A DNA stretch of 64,000 nucleotides from Hyphomicrobiaceae bacterium (GCA_035565975.1 DATMRT010000130.1:8834-72833), one strand, 5' to 3'; positions 49,337 through 60,161 are shown, numbered from the stretch's first letter. Notes: generated by a model not told the origin, from the letters alone. Numbers and translations are program-made.

Positions 49337-50332
49337 ATGTCGCTCCCCGACCTCCTCAAGAAGCGCCTGCGCATCCCTGTCATCGGGGCGCCGCTGTTCA
49401 TCGTCTCGAATCCCGACCTTGTCATCGCCCAATGCACGTCGGGCGTCGTCGGCTCGTTCCCGGCCCTCAATGCCCGCCCGCCCGAATTGCTCGACGAATG
49501 GCTGAAGCGGATCACCAATGAGCTCGGCGAGTGGGACGCCAAGCATCCCGACCGTCTCTCGGCCCCCTTCGCCGTCAATCAGATCGTCCACCGCACGAAC
49601 GAGCGCCTGCAGCATGACGTCGAGCTTTGCGTGAAGCACAAGGCGCCGATCGTCATCACGTCGCTCGGCGCGCGCGAGGAGGTGAACGAGGCCGTCCACT
49701 CCTACGGCGGCATCGTCCTTCATGACGTGATCAACAACACGTTCGCAAGGAAGGCCATCGAGAAAGGTGCGGATGGCCTGATCCTCGTTGCAGCCGGCGC
49801 AGGCGGCCATGCCGGGCGGATCAATCCGTTCGCGCTGGTGCGCGAGGTCCGCGAATGGTTCGATGGGCCGATCGCGCTCTCGGGCGCCATCGCGGGCGGC
49901 GACGGCATCCTCGCAGCAGAGGCAGCCGGTGCCGATCTCGCATACATCGGCTCGGCCTTCATCGCGACCAAGGAAGCCAACGCCATCGAGCCCTATAAGC
50001 AGATGATCGTCGAGAGCGGCGCCGACGACATCGTCTACACGAACCTCTTCACGGGCGTGCACGGCAATTACCTGAAACCATCGATCACGCGCGCCGGCCT
50101 CGATCCGGAGAACCTGCCGACCGGCGACCCCTCCAAGATGAACTTCGCCGCAGGCGCCGAGCGCCGCAAAGTCTGGAAGGACATCTGGGGCTCAGGCCAG
50201 GGCATCGGTGCGATGAAGGCCGTCGTGCCGGCAGCCGAACTGGTCGATCGTTTGGCGCGGGAATATCACGCGGCGCGCGCGCGCATCGGCGCGGCACCGT
50301 GGAATCCAAAGCGGGCTGCGGCGGAAGCCTGA
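49337..50332 (+). CDS. nitronate monooxygenase / FabK-like flavoprotein
   Basis: APLFIVSNPDLV, SFPALNAR, GAGGHAG, KDIWGSGQG. Confidence 0.9.
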   Translation: MSLPDLLKKRLRIPVIGAPLFIVSNPDLVIAQCTSGVVGSFPALNARPPELLDEWLKRITNELGEWDAKHPDRLSAPFAVNQIVHRTNERLQHDVELCVKHKAPIVITSLGAREEVNEAVHSYGGIVLHDVINNTFARKAIEKGADGLILVAAGAGGHAGRINPFALVREVREWFDGPIALSGAIAGGDGILAAEAAGADLAYIGSAFIATKEANAIEPYKQMIVESGADDIVYTNLFTGVHGNYLKPSITRAGLDPENLPTGDPSKMNFAAGAERRKVWKDIWGSGQGIGAMKAVVPAAELVDRLAREYHAARARIGAAPWNPKRAAAEA

Positions 50333-50349
50333 CGCAATCGCGGCTCCGC

Positions 50350-50510
50350 CGCGAGCGAGGGCCAGCCCTCGCGCTCCCAGCCAGGCCCCCCTCGGAGCCC
50401 CCGCCTTTCATGGATTTGGTGCTAACAGCGGGCACCATCGTCATAAAAAGCGGGGCGGCCGGGAGGGTGTCCCTCCCGGTTGGGGCGTGGGGCGGAAGCC
50501 CCACCTGCGA
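50350..50510. repeat. composite repeat: unit E (+) facing unit E' (-)
   Basis: GCGAGGGC-CA-GCCCTCGC..TTTCATGG (50406-50413) facing TCATAAAA (50441-50448)..CCGGGAGGG-TGT-CCCTCCCGG..GTGGGGC-GGAA-GCCCCAC. Confidence 0.82.
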
Positions 50511-50518
50511 AGCAGCCA

Positions 50519-51211
<693 letters not shown>

Positions 51212-51230
51212 TCAGCTCGAAAGCGCGCGG

Positions 51231-52130
51231 CTATTCCGCAGCCTCGCGGCCGCCGAGCATCCCCGGCAGCTCATTGAAGAGGCGGGCCGCGACCGTGCGC
51301 AGGTGGCGCTCCACGACGGCGAAGCCGGGCTTCTTCTCGAACGTGCGCTCATTCAGATAGAGCGCGCGGTTGATCTCGATCTGCAGCGCATGGAGGCCGC
51401 GCTGGGGGCGGCCGTAGTATTCCGTAATGTAGCCGCCGGCGTAGGGCCGGTTGAGGTGCACGGTGTAGCCGAGCGCGGTCAGCTCCTCGCGCAGGAAGCG
51501 CGTGAGACGCCCGTCGCATGAGGCCCCGAAGCGGTCGCCAAGCACGAAGTCCGGGCGTTGCGGCCCGACATAGCCCGTAGATGACGACGGCATGGAATGG
51601 CAGTCGATGAGCATCGCTGCACCGAAGCGCCGCGCCGTCGCGTCGATGAGCGAGGCAAGCGCGCCATGGAATGGCTTGTACAGCCGCTCGATGCGCTCGA
51701 GCGCCACGGCAAGCGGCAGGCGGCGCTTGTAGATCTCCTCCGCGTCGGCAACCACGCGCGCGATCGTGCCGAGCCCGCCGGCGACGCGGATGGAGCGACT
51801 GTTGGCGAAAGGCGGCAGGGTTTCCTCGAAGAGTTCGGGGTCGAGCTCGTAGGGCTCGCGGTTCACGTCGACATAAGCACGCGGAAAGCGGGCCGCGAGC
51901 AGAGGCGCACCGAGCGCGGCGACGCCGGCGAATAGATCATCGACGTAGCAGTCCTCGGATTTGCGCAGCGCGTTCGCGCTGAGGCGCGACGATGCGAGAA
52001 AGGCATCCGTGTACACGCGTCCGGAATGGGGTGAGCAGAACACGAAGGGCACCGTCTGAAGGCGCGGCACCGCCAACAGGTAGGGTGGTGTCAGATGCTG
52101 CTCGATGGCGGCGCGCTCGGTTTCCAGCAT
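51231..52130 (-). CDS. N-formylglutamate amidohydrolase family protein
   Basis: SPHSGR, RAYVDVNRE, GLGTIARV, IDCHSMPS, NRPYAGGYIT, QIEINR. Confidence 0.92.
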   Translation of the reverse strand: MLETERAAIEQHLTPPYLLAVPRLQTVPFVFCSPHSGRVYTDAFLASSRLSANALRKSEDCYVDDLFAGVAALGAPLLAARFPRAYVDVNREPYELDPELFEETLPPFANSRSIRVAGGLGTIARVVADAEEIYKRRLPLAVALERIERLYKPFHGALASLIDATARRFGAAMLIDCHSMPSSSTGYVGPQRPDFVLGDRFGASCDGRLTRFLREELTALGYTVHLNRPYAGGYITEYYGRPQRGLHALQIEINRALYLNERTFEKKPGFAVVERHLRTVAARLFNELPGMLGGREAAE

Positions 52131-52564
52131 GGGCCTTTGTCGCTTGCGTCACGTCGTCGTTTGCCGCGTCGTCACAGCCTTCAATGGACCGTGCCGGCGG
52201 TCGTGCGCGCACCGGTCTTTTCCGCTGCTCGCCGACAAGATTGCCAAGGGCAATCGTCACTGTCCATCATAAGCATGTCGCTTGGCCGGGAATATGTTGA
52301 AGTCGGGTGTAAGTGCCGCACACACAGTTATTTCAAGCTTTCTAAGCGTTCTAAGGCATCGACACGCCTTGGCTCAGGGATGTCACTGACCGCGCCGGCG
52401 CGCCGCTCGGTGCGCGGCTGGCGATCCACTTGCATACATGTGGGATGAAATGCTGTGTATTCACTTGCAGTTTACCAAATTGGCGTCAGATTCCGACGTC
52501 ACCAGCTCGCACGGTGCATACTACCCCATATTTTGGGATGGGGACGGATTGGGGGCACGAGGCA

Positions 52565-52954
52565 ATGACGGCGAAGGTATCGGCACTTTCCGCGCAGCGC
52601 ATTCTGCTCGCGGAAGACGACGATTCGATGCGCGGCTTCCTCACGCGCGCACTGACCAAGGCCGGCTACGAGGTCGTTGCGTTCGCCAATGGCGCGGAAG
52701 CCTACGACCGGCTCAAGGAAGAGCCTTTCTCCCTTCTGCTGACGGATATCGTGATGCCGCGCATGGACGGCATCGAGCTTGCGCGCCGTGCGAGTGAGAT
52801 CGATCCCGAGCTGAAGATCATGTTCATCACCGGCTTTGCCGCCGTCACGCTCAACAACGACAGGCCGGCACCCAAGGACGCACGGGTCCTCTCCAAGCCG
52901 TTCCACCTCAAGGACCTCGTTGCCGAAGTGGACAAGCTCCTGACCGCAGCCTGA
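52565..52954 (+). CDS. cpdR: single-domain response regulator CpdR
   Basis: ILLAEDDDSMRGFL, LLTDIVMPRMDGIELARRA, IMFITGFAAV, LSKPFHLKDLV. Confidence 0.93.
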   Translation: MTAKVSALSAQRILLAEDDDSMRGFLTRALTKAGYEVVAFANGAEAYDRLKEEPFSLLLTDIVMPRMDGIELARRASEIDPELKIMFITGFAAVTLNNDRPAPKDARVLSKPFHLKDLVAEVDKLLTAA

Positions 52955-53184
52955 CACGCACGGCACGATCGCGCCCGCTGCGGCGTCAGACCATCCACCG
53001 CTCTTCTACTCGATCCGCGACAAACCTTTGACAAGGACCGGCCTCGCGCGCCACACTTATCCAAGGTGGGGTCCAACGTCGTGGGGATGGCGTTGACGGG
53101 TGCCACAAAGGCGCCGCTTTGGATTCCAAATTGGCGATTGTACCTCGACCTCGGCGGGCGGCTTGCGATGCCGCGGGGAAGAGG

Positions 53185-54006
53185 GTGTGCACCAGCGTAT
53201 CGGAAGCGAGTAACGTGCGTTCTGTATTCAAGAAATCCGACTACGCCGGCGCGCCGAAGGGCATGGGCGCGCGAGGCACGAGGAGCCGCGCAGCACCCGT
53301 GCAGATCATGGCGATGTCGGAGCGGACATCCGGCCTCGATGAAAACCTCGGCTCGCTGGTCGGCGACATGCGCCTCGCGCTCGGCATGACGCCGGGAGAG
53401 CTGGCGCTACGCCTCGGCACGACCGTCGACACGATCATGACACTTGAGCAGGGCCGCCTGCGCGCGCTGCCGCACTGGGAAGAAACGCAACGTGTCGTGA
53501 TGGGGCTCTGTGCGCTCCATCGCGTTGACCCGCGTCCTCTCCTGCAGCGCATCTACCAGCAGACGAACCCCACGCACGCTGGCGCGCCGCCCGACAGGAG
53601 CCTCGGAGCCCTGCTGCGGGCAAGCGAGCGGACGGCTGACCGCACGACACACAAGACCACCGCGCCGCCGGAGCCAAGCTCACGCCGTCGCGCGGCGCCG
53701 AAGCCCGCACCAGCGCCCAAGAAGCGGTGGAAAGTCCGCCGCGCGGGCCGGGGACGCGGCCGTGCGCTCATGGCCGTGGCGGGGCCGATGGTGCTCATCG
53801 CATCGGTGGTATGGGGCATCCAGGCGCAACCGCGCGCGCTCCGCGAGGCCATTGCCGTGCTGCCCGCTTCCATTGCCCAGCCCATGCTGGCCGGTCTCGA
53901 CACGCTGGCTGTCCGCCTCGCCCCGCGCCGCGACGGCCTCAAGTGGATCGATGTCGCCGATCCGAGCAGCCGCAAGGCCGACAAGCTGCAGGTCACCGCC
54001 AAATAG
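53185..54006 (+). CDS. XRE/RodZ-like HTH protein with a C-terminal TM segment
   Basis: MRLALGMTPGELALRLGTTVDTIMTLEQG HTH, basic Pro-rich linker, one TM; start uncertain. Confidence 0.7.
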   Translation: MCTSVSEASNVRSVFKKSDYAGAPKGMGARGTRSRAAPVQIMAMSERTSGLDENLGSLVGDMRLALGMTPGELALRLGTTVDTIMTLEQGRLRALPHWEETQRVVMGLCALHRVDPRPLLQRIYQQTNPTHAGAPPDRSLGALLRASERTADRTTHKTTAPPEPSSRRRAAPKPAPAPKKRWKVRRAGRGRGRALMAVAGPMVLIASVVWGIQAQPRALREAIAVLPASIAQPMLAGLDTLAVRLAPRRDGLKWIDVADPSSRKADKLQVTAK

Positions 54007-54156
54007 CGCGGCGCCGCCGTTCCCCAGTTTGGATCAACACCTGCGGCCCGCCGGCCGCCCGCCGCGCGATGGACGACGGTTCCCGGTTGCATCCCCAGGC
54101 GATCCGGCCCAGAAAGCGCGCTCCCCCCGCAGCGCGAATGGTCGTAAGAAGAGCGC

Positions 54157-55239
54157 ATGTCTATCCCGCAGCAGAAGCTCGACAAGCTGGTCGAGCGCTG
54201 GCACGTCGTGCAGGCCGAGCTCAACGCCGGCCCGAGCGCGGCCGACTTTGCGCGCCTGTCCAAGGAATTCGCCGAGATCGACCCGGTCGTGCAGGCGATC
54301 GAGGCCCTGCGCAGCGCCGAGCGCGAGCGCGATGAGCTTACCGCCATGATCAAGGCGAGCGGGGGCGATCGCGAGATGGCGGCCCTCGCGGAGGAAGAGC
54401 TGCGCGCGGTCAATGCCCGTCTCGAGCAGCTCGAGCACGATCTCAGGATCCAGCTCCTACCCAAAGACTCAACCGACGATGCCGACGTCATTCTCGAAGT
54501 GCGCGCGGGCACAGGTGGCGACGAGGCCGCGCTCTTTGCCGCCGATCTCTTCCGCATGTACAGCCGCTATGCCGAGCAGCATCGCTGGAAGGTCGAGATC
54601 ATCTCGATGTCGGAGAATGACCTCGGCGGCTACAAGGAAATTGTCGCCTCGATCTCGGGCAAAGGCGTGTTCGCGCGACTGAAGTTCGAGTCGGGCGTGC
54701 ATCGCGTGCAGCGTGTGCCGGAAACCGAGGCGAGCGGGCGCATTCATACCTCGGCGGCGACCGTTGCCGTGCTGCCGGAGCCCGAGGAGGTCGACCTCGA
54801 AATCAAGCCCGAGGAGCTCAGGATCGACACCATGCGGGCGGGCGGCGCCGGCGGCCAGCACGTCAACAAGACGGAATCGGCGGTGCGCATCCTGCACATA
54901 CCGACCGGCATCATCGTCGTGTCGGCCGAAAAGTCGCAGCACCAGAACCGGCGGCTCGCCATGCAGGTCCTGCGCTCACGCCTCTACGAGATGCAGCGAC
55001 AGCAATCGGATGAAGCGCGTGCCGCCGAGCGCAGGGGACAGGTCGGTTCCGGCGATCGCTCCCAGCGCATTCGCACGTACAATTTCCCGCAGGGGCGCGT
55101 CACCGACCACCGCATCAACCTCACTCTGCACAAGCTCGACGAATTGCTGGAAGGCGGCCCCGCGCTCGACGAGGTGATCGACGCGCTGACCGCCGATTAC
55201 CAGGCGAACCAGCTCGCCGCCCTGTCGATGAGCACCTGA
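54157..55239 (+). CDS. prfA: peptide chain release factor 1
   Basis: [45 protein letters not shown]. Confidence 0.98.
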   Translation: MSIPQQKLDKLVERWHVVQAELNAGPSAADFARLSKEFAEIDPVVQAIEALRSAERERDELTAMIKASGGDREMAALAEEELRAVNARLEQLEHDLRIQLLPKDSTDDADVILEVRAGTGGDEAALFAADLFRMYSRYAEQHRWKVEIISMSENDLGGYKEIVASISGKGVFARLKFESGVHRVQRVPETEASGRIHTSAATVAVLPEPEEVDLEIKPEELRIDTMRAGGAGGQHVNKTESAVRILHIPTGIIVVSAEKSQHQNRRLAMQVLRSRLYEMQRQQSDEARAAERRGQVGSGDRSQRIRTYNFPQGRVTDHRINLTLHKLDELLEGGPALDEVIDALTADYQANQLAALSMST

Positions 55240-55249
55240 GGCAGACGCA

Positions 55250-56197
55250 TTGAGCCTCGCGACTTTCAATGATGAGAATGCCGGCCGCACGGTCCGTGAG
55301 GCCTTGCGCCTGGCGACCGACCAGCTCGCCGCCGCGGGCGTGCCGGACGCGGCCGTGGATGCGCGCCATCTCGTGGAGCACGCCCTCGGCGTCACGCGCG
55401 CCGCTCTCATCAGCGCACCGGAGCGAGAGCTCGATAGCCTCGCGCGACAGCGGCTCGCCGCCGCGATCGCGCGCCGATGCGCGCGCGAGCCTGTCTCGCG
55501 GATCATCGGCGAACGCGAATTCTACGGCCTGACGCTCGGTCTCACGGCCGATACGCTCGATCCGCGCCCGGATACGGAGACGGTCGTCAGCGTGGCGCTC
55601 GCGCTCGTTGCCACGATGCCCGCGCGTAAAGGGCCTCTGAGGATCCTCGATCTCGGCACGGGAACCGGTGCCATCGCCCTGGCTCTTCTCGCGGCCCTCC
55701 CCGATGCTGAAGCGACGGCCACGGATATCAGCGCACCGGCGCTCGCAGCCGCACGCCGGAATGCCGAGCGTCATGGTCTACTCGACCGCATCCGCTTCAT
55801 CAGGTCGCGGTGGCTTGACGAAGTGGACGGCCGCTACCACCTCTTGGTAACGAACCCGCCCTACGTCCCGCGCGATGAAATAGTGTCCCTCGCGCCGGAG
55901 GTGGCCCAATGGGAGCCACACAGGGCATTGGACGGCGGCCCTGACGGCCTTGATGCCTATCGGGCCATCCTTGCAGATACCTCGCGCGTGCTGGTGCCCG
56001 GTGGATGGGCGGTATTCGAGGTGGGTCACGATCAGGCGGCAGCGGTAGCAATGCTCGCCGTAAACCATGGCATGGAGCCTGCACCGCTGGAGTGGCCTCT
56101 CTTGCGGGATCTTGGTGGCCACACACGCTGTGTTGCGGTTGCCACATCTGGTCGCAACTGGAAAATAAATCTTGGAATCGCCGATCAGGGAGGCTAG
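55250..56197 (+). CDS. prmC: release factor glutamine methyltransferase
   Basis: PRPDTE, LDLGTGTGAI, NPPY, LDGGPDGL. Confidence 0.96.
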   Translation: MSLATFNDENAGRTVREALRLATDQLAAAGVPDAAVDARHLVEHALGVTRAALISAPERELDSLARQRLAAAIARRCAREPVSRIIGEREFYGLTLGLTADTLDPRPDTETVVSVALALVATMPARKGPLRILDLGTGTGAIALALLAALPDAEATATDISAPALAAARRNAERHGLLDRIRFIRSRWLDEVDGRYHLLVTNPPYVPRDEIVSLAPEVAQWEPHRALDGGPDGLDAYRAILADTSRVLVPGGWAVFEVGHDQAAAVAMLAVNHGMEPAPLEWPLLRDLGGHTRCVAVATSGRNWKINLGIADQGG

Positions 56198-56574
56198 CTT
56201 ACGGCCCAGGCAAAGCATGTGGCGCGTCCGAGCCAAGTCGGTTTTGAACCGCGCAGGCAGGAGGACGGGCCCGGCTGGTGAGAGGCAGAGGACGGCGTGT
56301 TTGCGCCAAAAGCTGCCAGGTCCACCTGAACTCCGTGATCGAGACGTGTGTCGCACCTTGGGGCCTTGGGTCGGGGGCGGTGCGTAGAGGATCACAGGGA
56401 CATCTCTGATGTAGGTCGGTGTTGTGCGGGCCTTGTTGCTTGTCGCCGTGGCGATATGACGGAACGTCATGCGTCATCGGGTTTGTGATGGGCCTGCTCG
56501 AAATGGAGCCACGAGTTTGAGGGCTCCGGCGTGTCTGATCACGCACGAACTCTTCGAGGAAAGAACGGGAGCCT

Positions 56575-57474
56575 ATGAGGCAGGGTCAGCAGCATCGCCG
56601 CGGGCGTAGCCGCGGCAGCAGCGGTGGCAATGGCAGCCATAGTCATCATCACCGCAAAGGGCAAAACCCGCTCGCGCGCAGCTTCGAGTCGAATGGCCCG
56701 GACGTCAAAGTCCGGGGTACGGCGGCCGACATCGCCGCCAAGTACATCGCCCTCGCCAGGGACGCGCAATCCTCGGGCGATCCCGTTCTCGCCGAGAACT
56801 ATCTCCAGCACGCCGAACACTACAACCGCATGATCATCGCCTACCGCGAGCAGCAGATGCAGCAGGGCGGCGATGTGGCCAACGGCAACGGCCAGCGCCA
56901 TCGCAGTATGCACGGCGCCGATCTCGGCGACCCGGGCGAGGAGGGCGACGTCGAGGCAGCCGATCCGGGCATGGGCGATCAGCCCGCCGTTCCGGCCTTT
57001 GCCCGCCATCCCGGCCAGGAACCTCAGCCCCCCCAACAGCGCCACGAGAATGGCCGACATGAGGAGCGGCGTGAGGACCGTCGTGACGAGCGGCGCGATG
57101 AGAGGCGTGACGATCGGCGCCAGCACGGCCGCCAGCAGGATCACCGCCACGACAATCCGCGCTTCCGCGATCGGCGCTACGAGCGGCCGGACTATCGCAA
57201 TGAGCGCAATGAGCGGGGCGAGCGTAGCGAGGGCGGCGAAGAGGCGCGCCCCACCCCGCGCGAGCCCGCACCCAGCGACCAGCCGCAACAGCCCGTCATC
57301 GAGGCCAGCGAAGGCGCGCCGCGCGAGCAAGCGCAGCCCCGTCGCCGCGAGCGGTTCGACATGATGAAGGACCAGCCTGAGTTCCTGCGCCGTCCCGTAC
57401 GCCGGCCGCGCCGCGAGGAGACCGGAGACGGCGACGATCCGGACAGTGGTGCTCAGGAGAAATCGGGCGCCTAA
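56575..57474 (+). CDS. DUF4167-domain protein
   Basis: FESNGPDVKVRGTA..KYIALARDAQSSGD..ENYLQHAEHY, followed by a low-complexity tail. Confidence 0.9.
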   Translation: MRQGQQHRRGRSRGSSGGNGSHSHHHRKGQNPLARSFESNGPDVKVRGTAADIAAKYIALARDAQSSGDPVLAENYLQHAEHYNRMIIAYREQQMQQGGDVANGNGQRHRSMHGADLGDPGEEGDVEAADPGMGDQPAVPAFARHPGQEPQPPQQRHENGRHEERREDRRDERRDERRDDRRQHGRQQDHRHDNPRFRDRRYERPDYRNERNERGERSEGGEEARPTPREPAPSDQPQQPVIEASEGAPREQAQPRRRERFDMMKDQPEFLRRPVRRPRREETGDGDDPDSGAQEKSGA

Positions 57475-57504
57475 TCCTTCGCCCCTTTGAGCGGCTTGAT
57501 CAAG

Positions 57505-57540
57505 CGGACGACGCCTCTCGGTGTCGTCCGTTTTGTATTT
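57505..57540 (+). terminator. intrinsic terminator
   Basis: CGGACGACGCC-TCTC-GGTGTCGTCCG-TTTTGTATTT. Confidence 0.8.
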
Positions 57541-57620
57541 CGGCCCCACCGCCCTCGTCTTGCCGGCCGAATCGTGCCTCTGATCGTCCGAGAGTTGCAT
57601 CGCGGACCGGAGAGGATGCC

Positions 57621-58598
57621 ATGGCGGAGCAAACGAGCATCGGCACGCGCGCGCGGTCGAGCCGCGCCCGCGCCGCCGGGACCAGCGTGAAGGCCGTCGC
57701 CCGGGCTCCAGCAGCAAGCGCGGCCAAGGCGGGTTTCGGCAAGAAGACGATCGCGCTCGTCTACGATTTCGACGGCACGCTCTCGCCGCGCCCCATGCAG
57801 GAGTACACGTTCCTGCCCAAGATCGGCGAGGATCCGAAGTCGTTCTGGCGGGAGTGCAATACGGTCGCGCGCGAGCAGGAAGCCGACCCGCTGATCACCT
57901 ACATGCACCTCATGTACAAGAAGGCCAAGGCGCGCGGGGTACGTATCGACCGCGACGATCTCGTCGCACTGGGCCGCGATGTCGAGCTATTCCCGGGCGT
58001 TGAAGCCTGGTTCGGCGAGATCGCCGAGTACGTCCGCATTCGTGCCGAGAGCCAGGGCGTTGCGCTGCGCCACTACCTCATCTCTTCCGGCCTCGTCGAG
58101 ATCATCGAGGGGACGCGCATCCGTCCGCACTTTCACAACGTGTTCGCGTCGGAATACTGGTTCGACGCCTACGATCTGCCCTATCCGAAACGCGTCATCT
58201 CCGACACCGGCAAGACGCAGTACCTGTTCCGCATCAACAAGGGCATCGAGAACCTCGGGCAGTCCATCAACGAGCATATGCCCGAGGACGCGCGCCCGAT
58301 CCCGTTCGCCAACATGATCTATTTCGGTGACGGCGATACCGACGTGCCCTCCATGGCGGTCATGCGCAAGAATGGCGGCCACGCCATCGCGGTCCACACG
58401 CCGGGCAAAGCGCGGGCCAAGTGCGTCGAGCTCTTCCGTGCCGGTCGCTGCGATTTCTTCGCGCCTGCCGACTACACGCGTGGCTCCGAGCTCTTTCGCC
58501 GCACGACACTGCTCCTCGATCGCATTCTCGCGAACATCCGTCTCGAGGAAGAAGCCTGGCGTCTGCGGCGTGCTATCGAGCGGAAAGGTAGTGGCTAA
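57621..58598 (+). CDS. HAD-like hydrolase
   Basis: YDFDGTL, ISSG, GKTQYLFRINKG, YFGDGDTDVP. Confidence 0.9.
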   Translation: MAEQTSIGTRARSSRARAAGTSVKAVARAPAASAAKAGFGKKTIALVYDFDGTLSPRPMQEYTFLPKIGEDPKSFWRECNTVAREQEADPLITYMHLMYKKAKARGVRIDRDDLVALGRDVELFPGVEAWFGEIAEYVRIRAESQGVALRHYLISSGLVEIIEGTRIRPHFHNVFASEYWFDAYDLPYPKRVISDTGKTQYLFRINKGIENLGQSINEHMPEDARPIPFANMIYFGDGDTDVPSMAVMRKNGGHAIAVHTPGKARAKCVELFRAGRCDFFAPADYTRGSELFRRTTLLLDRILANIRLEEEAWRLRRAIERKGSG

Positions 58599-59353
58599 GG
58601 CCGATAGCCTTCGAAGACCGGCGCATCCGCCCATTTCGCCGCGATTTCGCGCTCGCGCACGGAGCGTACCGTCCACGTGAAGAGCGGTAAGCCCATTGCC
58701 TCACGCGCAAACCGCGTTACCGGCGTCGGCAAGGCGCGCACGTGATAGGAAAAGAACGAGGGCTCGGCCTCGCGGCTTTCGAGCAGATAGGTGAGGCTGA
58801 TCGCGCGTGCGGCATCGATCTTGTTCGGCCACCAGTTGGTGACCGTGTAGTCGGTGGCGATGATCCCGCGCGGGATGTCGGGCGCGAGGGCCCGGCAGCG
58901 CGCCATGACCGCCGGATCGAACGATTTCAGGCAGATTGGTCCTTTGTACGCACGCGCCGTCGCGGCAATGGCCTCCAGAAAGCCAGCCTTCGGCGCGTCG
59001 AAGTCGCTCTTGATCTCGACGACGAGCGGCACGCGCCCACTGACCAGTGCGAGAAACGCCGCGAAGCTCAGGATGGGCGTGTCCTGCCCACGATAACGCA
59101 AGTTCGCAAGTTCAGCCGGCGTGCGCTCGTCGATCAGGCCGTCGGCATCGATGAGCCGCTTGAGTGCGCGATCGTGGAACACCATCGGCGTGCCGTCCGA
59201 CGCCGGCTGAAGATCGCACTCGATGCCATAGCCGCCCTCGATCGCCGCGATGAAGGCCGGACCGGTATTCTCGATCACGCCGGCACTGCGGTCGTGCAGT
59301 CCGCGATGCGCGATCGGACGGATGAATTGAGCGCGGTCGAGCTGAGGGCCCAC
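58595..59353 (-). CDS. glycerophosphodiester phosphodiesterase family protein
   Basis: IAHRGLH, IECDLQ, VFHD, VEIKS, TWTVR. Confidence 0.92.
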   Translation of the reverse strand: MGPQLDRAQFIRPIAHRGLHDRSAGVIENTGPAFIAAIEGGYGIECDLQPASDGTPMVFHDRALKRLIDADGLIDERTPAELANLRYRGQDTPILSFAAFLALVSGRVPLVVEIKSDFDAPKAGFLEAIAATARAYKGPICLKSFDPAVMARCRALAPDIPRGIIATDYTVTNWWPNKIDAARAISLTYLLESREAEPSFFSYHVRALPTPVTRFAREAMGLPLFTWTVRSVREREIAAKWADAPVFEGYRP

Positions 59354-59357
59354 GATG

Positions 59358-59585
59358 TCAAGCTCCCAATGCCTTGAGGCGCGTCTGAGCGTCGAGAAGT
59401 TCGTCGGCCAGCATGAGCGCCGCCATCAGCAGCAGACGATCATCGCCGGCAGCGGAGAACTCACCCGCGAGGCTGTCGACGCGCTGTCGTACGATATCAG
59501 ACAGCGCGAGCAGGCGCGCCTCCTCGCCATCGCCGCACTTCAGCCGGTACGTGCGGCCGTTGATGGTGATCGTCGCCTGCCCCAT
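59358..59585 (-). CDS. zapA: cell division protein ZapA
   Basis: ITINGRTYRLKCGDGEEARL, RLLLMAALMLADEL. Confidence 0.9.
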   Translation of the reverse strand: MGQATITINGRTYRLKCGDGEEARLLALSDIVRQRVDSLAGEFSAAGDDRLLLMAALMLADELLDAQTRLKALGA

Positions 59586-59631
59586 TCGGCCCCCGCCCAC
59601 CGCTCCGCGTGCCCGCGGACTGCCGCTCGCC

Positions 59632-60000
59632 TTATTGTTCGGTCTCGATGAGGCTGCGCAGCGAATCGATCACCCAGTCAATCCGGTTCAATACCTGATC
59701 GCGCCCCTCTTCGAGCGCGCGAATGCGACTCTCCGCTTTCTCGAGTGCCGCGCGCAAGCGCTCGCGCTCGCTTTCGAGCTGCGCGACGCGCGCGAGAAGC
59801 ACCGCGGGCTCGGGCGCCGAAGCATTCTCGGTAGCGGCGCGCTTGGCAGCCGCTTTGCTCTTGCCGGGCTTGGCGCCGCGCACTTTTCCGCCCGCCGCAG
59901 CAGCCTTCTTGGAAGCCGCCGCCTTCGATGCCGGCTGTTTGGATGCAAGTGCCTTTGAGGCGGGCGATTTACGCGCATTACTGCTGGCACGCTCGCTCAT
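59632..60000 (-). CDS. DUF4164/ZauP-like coiled-coil protein with a Lys/Ala-rich N-terminus
   Basis: coiled coil ending RIDWVIDSLRSLIE; directly upstream of zapA. Confidence 0.75.
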   Translation of the reverse strand: MSERASSNARKSPASKALASKQPASKAAASKKAAAAGGKVRGAKPGKSKAAAKRAATENASAPEPAVLLARVAQLESERERLRAALEKAESRIRALEEGRDQVLNRIDWVIDSLRSLIETEQ

Positions 60001-60161
60001 CTCGAACCTTCCAGTCAGCGGTGAGTGACTCGTGCGCCGCGCACAATCCCCCGCCGATCGAAACTTAAGTGGCGCGCCGCCTGTGCGTCAATCACGATAA
60101 AGGTAGAGGGTTCATGTGACAGCGCGTGAGTGTCGGCCATGCACGCCACATAGAGCGCCAC

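Noticed and set aside
23597-50510. CRISPR or IS interpretation of the repeats
   Set aside because: The copies are dispersed rather than regularly spaced with spacers, and there is no cas or transposase gene in the window.
52954-53120. tRNA downstream of cpdR, as often seen in Alphaproteobacteria
   Set aside because: No cloverleaf, T-loop GTTCGA or CCA end found.
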